Shown here piece after piece: positions 48,571 to 60,000 of a stretch of DNA of 64,000 bases. Location of the stretch: NCBI GenBank assembly GCA_000708835.1, contig DF237403.1, positions 1 through 64,000 of the forward strand, written 5' to 3'. The DNA is from Klebsormidium nitens. Lineage: Eukaryota; Plantae; Klebsormidiophyceae. A program made the position numbers and the translations under genes. The stretch's first letter is position 1. Every line of letters begins with the position of its first letter. The notes beneath the pieces were generated by a model. That model ran no database searches. It saw only the letters and a list, made by a program, of their open reading frames with translations, and had not been told where the DNA came from.

Positions 48571-50239
48571 CATATCAAATAGGAGAACGGCTCGTCCTGC
48601 ACAATGGACCCTTAAAAAAGATGAAGAATACAACTCTTGTCAAAACGGACCTCGGCCGCTTCGGCTGCTTTGGCATGTCCAACTGGGAAGGGACATGCGT
48701 GCATGTGATGCTATGGTACCTTCCATGCATGACGCAGGCTGGTATAAACTAATCTGATGGCTTGCAATTGTCTCTTAGTATGACGCCGCTTTGCTCAAGG
48801 CATGGGGCGGGGTCACTAACTTGCCACAATCATTGACTTGAGTTATAAGCACCGAATTCTTCGACGTTCCGACAAAAGCTGAACCTATCGGGCCCAAACT
48901 TATACGGAATTTGTATAGGATCATGGGGCAGCTGCCATGCCATGCACCTAGGCTCATGCGCGCGTGTGCGGCGGTGGTACATGCACTATACTCATCGTCT
49001 CGTTAAGTATGTACACATAGTGACCTTGCACGCGTTTTGTTCATATAACGAGAACCGAAAAAGACGGATCGCCTGTAGAGAGCTGCAGCGCGCAGTGCTT
49101 TACATGCATGAGTTTTTCCTCAATATTTACCCAGATGCACTTGCCGCTTATCGATCTTAGTATAGAAATTAACTCATGATCTTTTAGCACTAATTGTATA
49201 TATAGGCAATCCATTGTGTAACAACAAGGGATATAGTCTACTTTGTCTCTCGAGTCGTATGTGTTCAACATGCAATATGGTGGAATCGAAACCAACGTAC
49301 CTAATCAGGTTGTGTCGAATTTTCTGCAACTTTCGACTCGGTCAATCTCGGACGGTCGCGTTGTTCACGTGGCCAATGGGCATCCGGGATGCTGCACTGG
49401 AAGTCGCTTGAATCCAAGCTTATGTCAATGGTATACAACAATCAGCAATCCTTTCATACTTGGTTCTAAAAGATCATACGTAGGCACAGGGCCACGTCCA
49501 GCACACGATTTTGCAATACACACAACGGTTGACGCACTGAGATCGACTCTCGTAATCTGATTTGACTGCTCAACTTCTTACAGACGTACACTATCGTACT
49601 TGAGAACTAGGCCGGTAAAGGGTGGGCCCCCGCAAAAGGAAAGCGACTTGACTCCCAGACATTTACTTGACTGACATCCCACCTTTCACCAGCCGTTATT
49701 CTTGACTGCAGCTTGCAAACACGCCATGTTTCCACTCGACGTGGCACAGTTTTAGTCTTATTTATACTACATCCCATCCAGCCCTCCCCTTCGATCCTGC
49801 GAACCGCATCCTATTTCCCCGCGCGTGCTGAAAGCTATACACATAAGGCTTCTTCGGCCCCCCCGAACCACCGCCGCTCCACTGCTTGGCCGGCAGTCAA
49901 AGTTCGCTCCACTGGGCGGGTTGTCAGAGGCTACACTAAGGAAACCCCTGCATTATCCGCTCTCCTGGCCGCCTTCAACCCTTTCCATCTTATCTCACCC
50001 TCTCGCATTACCCCTCCCGCTTCTGCTGACTCTGAACATCACGCTTTTGGCCTCTTCCGGACGCCATAGCCTGACTACGACTCCCGACTTCCAGTCAAAA
50101 GCCCTACTGTGCAAATCGTTCCATATTGGAACCCTTCTTTGGGTTCCGACCCGTCCCAAAACCCTTCCCAACAAGTCTGGACTCCCCTTGGCTTCCAGCA
50201 TGTATCATTGACTTCTGTACACAAGCGCCCTCGCAACTA

Positions 50240-50712
50240 ACCAACTTTTCCAGCGCCGCTTGACCACGACCACTGGGTAACCCCCTCGTGATACCTCCTC
50301 CTTCCATTCCTCCTCTTCCACAGAATACCCACGAGTTCCCCGAGCATTCTCCGCGCACTCTCCACGCCCCACTCCCCCCGCCCTTAAAGTACAGATTACA
50401 TCTCCCGTAGCAACTTGACGACGACCACCCGAGCACATTCCCGGCCACAAAAACACCACTCCGCCTCACTCCCCCCCACCTCAGGTGCACTTCTTCTCCC
50501 GGGGCAGCTTGACGACAACCCCCTGTGCAAAAAAACCACCCCGTCTCACAAACACCCCCCCCCCCCCGGCGGGTGCACTGTACTTCTCCCGGGGCAGCTT
50601 TACAACGACCAACCGAACAAATTCCCGGCCAAGAAACCTCACACAACTCCCCCCCTCAAACCTGCCCCCTAAGGTGCATCTACTTCTCCCGGGGCAGCTT
50701 GACGACGACCAC
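50240..50712 (-). repeat. Tandem echoes (~90-100 bp spacing, ~150 bp for the last) of the last USP codons, decaying into the 3' UTR
   Basis: On the + strand, TACTTCTCCCGGGGCAGCTTGACGACGACC at 50681 (coding), with copies at 50581, 50491, ~50399 and ~50246 that diverge progressively. Confidence 0.9.
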
Positions 50713-53292
50713 GGGGCAGTCCGTCTCTTCGACCACGTGCGCGCTCACGCTGCCTGAGAAGAGCCGCTGGAACTTCCCGAGCCCCCGGTGCCCGATCACA
50801 ATCAGGTCCGTACCGTTCTGCTCGGCGGCGGTCACAATCTTCTCCTTAGCGTTGCCGAAGTAGACCTGAACAGAACGAACACCGATATCTTCAGCCTAGT
50901 CTTGTTGTTCTTGTATATGTTTGCGTTGCTTTCAGTCTGGCCGGGTTGTGACGTCGTTTAGGAAGCTGGAACCGATTGCTCTGATGTTGACGCACACTTA
51001 ATGGTGTTCGACTCATTGTAAAGCTCTGTACAGCAGTGGCCAAGTTTTGCGTTGCCCCTGTCATCATCTACTCATGTTGAGGTGAAACGTACTACTTGAG
51101 AGCCGATCTTAGTCGTAATCGCTTCTCAACAACTAGACCAGAATGGCAACGTAGAGTCTCACTCAAGTCCTCAGGCTGGCATATGCGGTGAACAGCTTCG
51201 CAAGCTATTACTATACAAACAAGCCAGCAAAGGTGCGGAGAGTGACCTGTGCGAAGATTGTCAGCTTCAGGTCCTTCGAAAGCTGCTCGAGCTCCGCGAG
51301 GAGCTCGGGGGTGAAGCCCTTCAGCCCGAAGCTCTGCAGAAAGGCAATCAAATCTGGTTAGGTTAGACCAAACGGTTCACCATGTGCGCCTTAACCCAGT
51401 AATCTGATAGATAAAGATTCGCAAGAGGTGCATCGTAGTCCAAAGCTCTGGAGAATGCAGTGAGTTTCACTCAAGTTCAATCGAGGCGGTTTTCCACGTG
51501 CTGACCAATGACGTGGCTGAGGACTTGTCGAAATGAGGAGTCGAGGGTGAAGCGCTTTAGCCCAAATGAGGGCTCAAGGTTACTTCAAACTAGCTTACAA
51601 CAGGTTTTTAGTGGTCAAGCAGTGCCAGCGTGCAAAAGGAGGGCGGCTAAATCTGAGGTTCTGTAAACAGGCCAGATAACAAGTCAAGATGAGCAAGATG
51701 AAATCACTAATCAAGATGGCCAGAAGCTCGAGATTGAGACAAGCTGGCGCAGAGGGAGGGGCAGGGATGCGCATCTACGGTGGTTTGTGATTGGTCTCGG
51801 GTTCTTCCACAGAGTCTGGGCGGAAGAAGAGGAGAGGAGAGAAGCAAAAAGCTACTGCAAGGAGCACAAATAAGTGTAGCACTGCAGCAAAATACTTTGG
51901 GCTGGACTCTTAGAGGCTTAAAAGTACTGGAGGCAACTTTCGTGAGGCTCGTTACGGGGTCAATCAGGCGCTGTGCAGAATATGTGGCAACAGGCAGTAA
52001 TCCAAGGACGCAGTCTGAACCCCTAGCGGTTATAACGATGATGGGGCCTTCACATTAGGTGTACGTTGCTGAGGTTCCAGTATATCAACATCAAAACCTT
52101 CTTCAAAGCAATCTCTCTGAAAACAAGTCGGGCCAACAACTCAAATCAGTAATCACCTTCATGGACTTGTTGTGACCTCATTGGATTTTGAACAGGTAAA
52201 TGCCCAGACTTAAATATTCCTTCGCTCAGAGCCTATCAAGAGCAACCCTTGTCCTTCTCAAAAAACAGTTTGGCATTGCAATGCTGATATATCCTGAGAG
52301 ATGCTGGATTAACACAGCATTACACGTTTGGTCTCGATCCAGCTTGTGTTTCAGTGTTGGTGTCGTAAAATGGTGAAGCAGAGATTACTGTGCTTCACGA
52401 TTCACAAGTCCCATGAGCATTACAGAAAAGACTCTGCCCTAGTTTTGGCAATTATCAGAAGGATCGATGAAGTCTTTCATATTTGTGTTTATGCAGAGCC
52501 CGCGCAGCCTCACCGCAAGCGAGCCAAACTCCATGAGCGGGATGAAAGGTGTGCCCCCCTTCTCCCACATGAGCGCCTTTGCGCTGTAGTCGCCCGTCTC
52601 TTCCTCCTTGGGCCCCACATAGAGAATGAGCACGTTGTCACCAAATCGCACCACGTTCTCAATGCCCCACTTGACAGCGTACCAGCTCTCTGGCCCGCCG
52701 TCCATGGCAATCATGATCTGCTCAACAAGTTGATGGGGATCAGATATAGGATGTGAATTGTAGCCATTGGTCTTGGGACACAACATAATTTTGTTCCAAG
52801 GGCCTGGATAAGGTGTGTAGGTTTAGGTCTTTCCATTTGAGTGTTTCAAGTCAACATTTATTGAAGGCAATCGCTGCAAGTTTGTCTAAATATGAAGTGG
52901 TTGTGCAGCCCAAACAAGAAAGCACAAAGAAGGCAGAAAGACAAGATGAAAGAAGAAAATCTAGATGAAAAGCTTGAATGCTCTGGTTTGGTGTTTGGGC
53001 ACTTCCGAGGATTGTCATTGGAATATAATGTTGCATATCAGAGAACAGTTCACAAAGGAGAGCAGGCATACCGCAGCATTGCATATATGGTAGGAAAAGA
53101 TGCTGACCAAACAATGAAGAACCACAACATTCGATCTTGAAAAATCTGCAATTGATGCGGGCCTTCTCACAGTCTCTCGCATTGGGAAGCACCAATCATA
53201 TTAAGAAGCACTGCATGCAACTCTGCAGATCAATTGGTTGGCATTCATTGTCTTACCTTCCGTGCATGCAGGTCTGCGTGAGCTCCAGCCAT
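50680..53292 (-). CDS. Universal stress protein A-like (USP) protein, about 170 aa, 4 coding exons
   Basis: Exons 53292-53257, 52717-52514, 51333-51247, 50865-50680. Motifs RKIMIAMDGGPES..AVKWG, VYFGNAKEKIV, DLIVIGHRGLG, FSGSVSAHVVEETDCPVVVVK. Confidence 0.93.
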
Positions 53293-54001
53293 CCTGAGCT
53301 CAACGTCTGCAGAGTGCGGAAATGAGCCCAGGTATGAGCAAGGTGACTTCGAGAAAGCTTGATTACTGTGACAAAGTGGATTTTTCGTGGGCGCCCACAG
53401 CTCGTTTTTTCCCTTCCAAGTCTGTCAATTCTGACATTGACAGAATCAACAATGAATTATGAAGGCAACTGTTGTACGCGTGGGCGGCCGCGGCGCCCGG
53501 TTGCAGGGACCATCTCCTAGCATCGCTGGGGTTTGGCAGGGCTTCGCTTTGACAGCCGGATCTTTTAGACCGGGGGTATCGGGACGACCAACCTGCCAAA
53601 GTAAGCTGATGAGGCCGGCCGCGGGACAAGAGGCATGTTCAATCGTAGGGCTCAAATCTGTCCTTAGGCCTCAGACGGTTTGTATTGAAGATTCTCTTTG
53701 GAAGGTCTTCCTGCGCCGCTGCGGCAGACAGGTGTCAGCCACTGTCAGGGACTTCCTGCGCTTTTGCACTGGCGCAGGCTGGCATCTCACACACCACTGG
53801 CGCCTTCCGCCTTTCTCTGGTTCTTAGTTCTACTTCCTGGAATGGCTGCACGGCCGCATTGTCCTCGGTCTGCCAAGCAGGCGGCGAGGATGGCAGCCTT
53901 CAAGGAGGGGGCAATCAGAGCGTTCAGTTGACTTTTCGCTTGACGCGGCAGGGGAGTGAGCGAGGGCAGTGTTAGATCAAAAGGTTCTGGCCGAGATCGA
54001 G

Positions 54002-57000
54002 ATGGCACTGACGAAGAGTGTCTGCGGGAGCCGAGGGATTGAAAGTCTCTGCACGGCAAGATTAGAGAGTCAGGCTAGACGAGTCACCCTTTGCTGCCTG
54101 CCTTTCCAGGTGAGTTCACGGAACCGCCCGTTCTCTAAAGGGCACCCTACATTTGGAATCAATGGCACTGGATTCACCTTTGTGACGTCCTTTGAAACTT
54201 CGTTGTTTGGATTTGCAAGGGTTTTCTTCTGCTAAAAGTCCCCCTTGTCCAGATTCGTGGATACTGGTAGCTGGATGTAGACGTATTCGTCCCATTAAAT
54301 TCCTTGCTGTGCTAAATCTTTACGGATTCAAGCATGGATTGCTGCCTGGGTGTATAGAGTAACTTGCTAAGCCAAGAGCGTTGATCTTCTACTTCCATAT
54401 GAGTCATTCAGACACAAGATGGTCTCTCTCACGACCGCTTCTCACATGCTAAGGAGCCTGAGGATGGGACTTCCTCCGGAAGTTTGGAACATTGAAACGC
54501 TTTATTAAGCTCGTGCTTCCTTCGCAACACTCTTAATTGTCAAGGTTTCCTTATAAGTTGCCAACCTGAATTTTGTTTCTTCAGGCAATCCCAAAACCCC
54601 AAGGCCGCCCTCCAGGCCCCCGGCACTCTTCTCGTAGCTCTTCTTCATACAACCGTCAGCATTCACAACCACAGCAGCTCCCCAAGTCAACATCCTTTAT
54701 TAGAAACGTCAAAGTCTGTGCAAGCAGCAAGGGCGGAAGCAATGGCCATGTTGACAGCGCAAACGCAGAGCAAAAGGATCAGGGAGAAGGCGGCGAGTCC
54801 ACAAATGGGGAGGGCAATGGCAGGGGGCCAATCTATGTGGAAGATGGAGACAGGCCGCCCCCGGGACTGGCAGCTGCAGCGAGACAGCAGTCAGAGCCTC
54901 AAATAGAGCCTGACGGAGGTGTGCCGCTCCCCTTCAAATCAGAACTACAGTGAAGTTTATATGCTTGCCTTGTCTTGATGGCAAGGATCGTTCGGACAGT
55001 GGTTCAACTCTTTCTAGTTCTTCACCGCAGTTGCATGGGAGTGAGGCAAAAGGATCTGTACTCACAGCAGCATCGGATAGTGTTTTTCAATCTGTTTATG
55101 GACCATGTGGCTTGTGAGATAGTGCCAAAGTCGTTAAGATGCTCCATGCTGTGGCAGGCAGCGGAGAGTGTGAAGACTACGACTTCAGCCTCACACAGTC
55201 GGTTGATTGTTGCGCCAATGAAGAAGCTGTAGAAGAGTCAATCACGATTCTGTGGCTGGGTGCAGCTTGATTAGTTTCTGCTCCTGACATGCCAACCGAG
55301 CTTCTTGCTGGTACTCATGTTGTGTGTATGCACAAGTTTTCAGTACGGTGATATACCTGTGAGCTAGACGCTTTTGAGCCGTACCGTACGTGAGCTAGCA
55401 GACAAGCTGAGAGTTCCTGAGCCTGTGCTTTGATTGCAGATCACAAAATGCTGGCGGCTGTTGACATGGGGACGAACTCGTTCCACATGGTCATAGTGCG
55501 GGCCGATGCAAAAGGTCGCTTCCAGATTGTCGATGTGGTGAGCTTTAAGAACCTAGCTCTTTAGTAGCCTGGTAGTCCCAAGTATATACGGAGGTGTTGA
55601 GAGCATCTGTCCGAGGATGGTCTATGTGTGCTGCATACTGAAAGTTTTCACAGACCTTGACCGTGGGAACACATGTTTGTTCGTTTATGAGCACCAACAG
55701 CGTGGTTAGAGATGCTGATACTGCTCTGCTGAGGTTTCTGTGTCTTAGCTTCAATGGTGTGACACGACATGCTCTGCAGATTCCGGTCTAACATCTCACA
55801 GGAGAGAGAGCGTGGGGGCATGGATCTATGTCACTGAACCCCATCTCAAAGATTCGCCTGTAGGTTGACCTACATTTCGGGCCAACATGTGGCCCCCGTC
55901 AACTTGACCACATGAGTAGATCAGCCATATGTTCAACCGGAGGTTCTTTTGTGGTCTGACATGATCTCATGTCGTTGCATCTGCGTCTCAGGAGAAGGAT
56001 GATGTCAGGCTGGGGAAGGGCAGCATGGGGTTCAGCATCATTCACCCTGACGCCGAGGAGCGCGCGATCGCAGCCATGAGGCGATTCCAGAAGATTGCTA
56101 AAACCAGGAACGCTTCGATGAGAGTGGTCGCAACATGTGAGCGCGCCTCTCAAAGGTTCAGGTCAATGGATTTCTAACGGAATCCAGTGCCAGATTACAG
56201 CAGGTTTCGGTTTTCAAGGGGTGCAGAGACCTGCTGTGCCTTTAATCGTTCCTCTGCTTAAGTGATCCGGTCGATGAGAGTGGTTGCTGCATACAAGTCC
56301 TTTCACGAGTACAGGGAACGGGATCGGCTTGTTTGTATCACTCAAAACTAGATATCAGAAATCGGCTTATCGACTTTGTATTGGAGAAAAGAAGGAGCTC
56401 TCGAAGTTGACGCAGTTCAGCCATTGTTCCCAAGTTCATGGTTGTCTCTAATAGAAACTGCACGACCGCCTTGTTTCGGGAGCAGCCAGCCCAAAGAGGC
56501 CTTGTGGTTGTCACAACACTGCCTGGTAGTGATCTTCGTACTTCTGTTTGCAGCTGCGGTCCGGGAGGCAAAGAACCGAAGGACATACATCCGGCGAGTC
56601 AAGGAGGAGACAGGAATCGATGTCGAGGTAAGCCCTTTCAAGAAGCTTGCAAAGCGCCATGCTCGAATTACTGATGCGCAGACCGGTTTCTGTAAGGCTT
56701 TTGCTTTGGGGCTAGACTTGAAAAGAAGGCATGGCTCACCCCGGGTTTTTGGGTGCCAGCACATCCAAACCTCGTTCTTCCCGGGAGGCCGCGATCTGCC
56801 TGCCTTTGAAATCCTGTATGCTACTCTATCTAGATCGGTCAATTGATCTAGATCAGTCGATTATGGAAGCGTCCGCGAAAAGAGGTGAAGCAGCCCGCGT
56901 GAAAGAGATGACCACCAAGCGCCGGCTCTCCTATGCTAGGGCGTTCACATCACGGTTTGCAGGCTGACCGTTCCCCCAAAACGCTACCTTCCCCGATCGA

Positions 57001-60000
57001 TAATCTCCAACCCCTCGAGAATCTCAATCCTGCTGCTCTTCTCTTCTGTCCAGATCCTGTCGGGCAAAGAGGAGGCTTGCCTGATCTATCTGGGAGTTCT
57101 GCAAGCCCTCCCCGTCTTCGAAAAAACCGTCCTGACCGTCGATATCGGAGGAGGCTCTACCGAATTCGTCGTGGGCCGGCAAGGGGAGCCGCTTTATGCC
57201 ACGTCGCTGAAGCTCGGGCATGTGCGGTTGACGGAGCAATTCCTAGGGAGTGGGAATGAGCCCCTGCAGAGGTCGCAGGTGGGGGTGTGAACACTTTGCG
57301 AACGGCGCTTCGAAGATTCGCTGCTTCTCTGCTGACTTTCAAGACGTTATATGCAATGAGTTGCCGCATCTTCCGGTCGAACGTTTCATTGCAAAGGGTG
57401 GACAAGGGATGAAGCGCTCTTAGCAGTTCCTATTGCCAAAGACGGTGGTATCGTTTCGGGCTTGTCGTGAAAATTTCCTCCGAGAACATTGAACGACAGG
57501 GCAACCCAGGAAGATCCTGTGAGCTACTGCTTTTCTGCACATGTTGAAATGTCTGCAAGTCGTCGTTCAGATTCCCAGTCCCTGCGCCGGTACGCCTGTT
57601 TTGCGCCACGAGTGTATACTGAGCGATCCAGGCTACCAGTTTTTTTGGGGATGCTGTCGAGAGGGTCAAAACGTTTGCTTTACTTTTTGAAAAGCGCCTT
57701 TGGCAAAGGCGTCCGTTGCCATATCCTTCTGATCGCACCTGAGAATCCGAAGGACCTCAGGACATCGCGTAAACTCAATCTTTCTCACGGTCTCTTTGCC
57801 CCATACTGACCATCTTTACGCTCTTGGAAATAAGCTAAGTTACGCACAAGTGTTCCATTGCAGATTGACGACCTCCGGCGCCACGTGCGGATAATGCTCG
57901 CGGACTCAGGCGTCCTTGACGCAGTCAGCAACCGGCACTTTGATGTCGCGATCGGGAGTTCTGGGACGATTGAAACGATTGCGGAAATGATTCATGCCAA
58001 CGTGGAACCAGAGGGCGTGGAGGGTACGGAGGTGGACAAGAAGGTGGCCGATAAGAAGGGGCGGCAGTTCAAGGAGGAGGAGTTCACCAAGGAGCAGCTG
58101 CAGGGTGACGGTCTTTGCTTTTGCTTTTGTACCTACTCTGCCTGAGACTCTCTTTTCGTTTTTGTTCCTTGTCCGGAAAGGGTGATGAATTGTGACTTAG
58201 TTCTTGCACCTCTTCTAATATGGACTTTTCCTTTTCTTTTCCGTCTTTCTTTTGAGTGTCCAGAAGTTTGAGTACCAACGAGCAGCTTGCAAAATGGGGA
58301 CTTTTTGTTTGCTCGTTTTTCCGCTCTTGTGTGTCTTTCTTATCGCTCTTAATGAGTTGACGTTTTCGTTTGGTCACCAGCTTTCGTTGGAATTGACTCC
58401 TCTCCTGCACGCTTGACTGGCAGTCCTTTCTTCTTGCCGCTTGTTTCCTTGAAGCGTGTCACCGTTTTGTTAGATTTCCAATTTGTAGTGCCGACCGGCT
58501 ATACTTTTTATCTTTCTTAATCCGCTGAAAGCCACGTGATTGTTTTGATCGCAGCCGTGGTGAAGAAGATCCTGAAGGCCAAGACGAACGACCAGCACCT
58601 TTCTTCTTTTGCTGAAAGCCATGTGACTCCTTCTGTTCCCAGCCGTGGTGAAGAAAATTCTGAAGGCCAAGACGAACGACCAGCCCCTTTCTTTCTATGC
58701 TGAAACCCATCTGATGACTTTGATCGCAGCCGTGGTGAAGAAGATTCTGAAGGCCAAGACGAACGACCAGCGCGCCAAGATCCCGGGGCTGCAGAAGCAG
58801 AGGGCTGACGTCATCGTGGGGGGAGCGATCCTGCTCGAGGAGATCTTTGAGGCCATGAACATCGACAAAATGAAAGTGAGGACGGGTCATGATTGGCCGA
58901 CTCGTAAAGCTCAAATTCTATACAAGTCGTTTGATGGCTCTGCTGTTCTTCAGACTGAACGTTCAACAATCGCCTTTCCTCTTCCAATATTTCCAAGGCT
59001 CGTATGCGGCGAAATATTTTTAAGGATGTCGAGGTGTGCGTGGAAGATTGCCAAGTGGAATCTAAGCGTTGGTTCTCCTTTTCATCGGCGCTCAGATTCA
59101 CGGCGATTGTTCTCAAACCTCTCGCCTCTTTAGAGGTACTCCCGTCCTGTTAGAACCTTCTCAGCGAGACCGTGAGCAACTCTGATCTTGGTCTGTGCTA
59201 ACGTCAGGTAGCACATGTTCTGATGTCATTCCCTTCCTGACAGGTGTCGCCGTACGCCCTTCGGGAGGGCGTCATCGTTGACGCGCTGTCGCAGACCAAC
59301 GAGAAACGCAACCAACCGCTGGATTCTTTGACCACAGTCCGTGCTGACGTCAGGACATTTAGTTACTGACGTCACTTCTCTCATGACAGGTGTCGCCGTA
59401 CGCCCTTCGGGAGGGCGTCATCGTCGACACGCTGTCGCAGACCATTGAGAACTTCAACCAGACGCCCGACATCCGGCGCGCTTCGATCCTCAATCTGGCC
59501 GCGCGGTTCAACACCGACCGCAGAATGGATTCCGCCATCCACTCCGCGGACCTCGCAAAGGCAAGCGCCTCCGAACCCGTTACTCGTCTCCAACGTCATG
59601 AATCTGCTTTGCTCGGATCGTTACAGTCTGCGGAAAGGTCTGCCAGTTCCTAGAAAGTCTGGTGTTTTCAAGTACGTCCGTCAATGAAATCTAGACGGGA
59701 GTAGTTTGACACTAACCTTGGGAGGTTGCTCGGAAGATGCTTTAGAAGTGTGTCGAAAAGGTCTCCAGACTTCCGCTGGAATATCAGTGTTCGCCTTTAT
59801 TCGCTCTTCGTGCATCAGGTTTAATGAAACTTGCAGGCGTGCGGTAGGGGCACCCTGCCACAATGAAGCCCTGGTGTAAACTGGAGCAGAGCACTGACAG
59901 AGTACCGCTCCTTTCGACCATATGCTGGTGAAGCAATCTGATGACCTGGTTGGTGCCCTTTCCGTGCAGCAAATTCTGTGGGGCATGCAGACGTGCCGCA

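Noticed and set aside
50104-50646. 180-aa Gly-rich ORF on the - strand and overlapping + ORFs
   Set aside because: A by-product of the G-rich USP 3' UTR repeat array, with no domain and no good start context.
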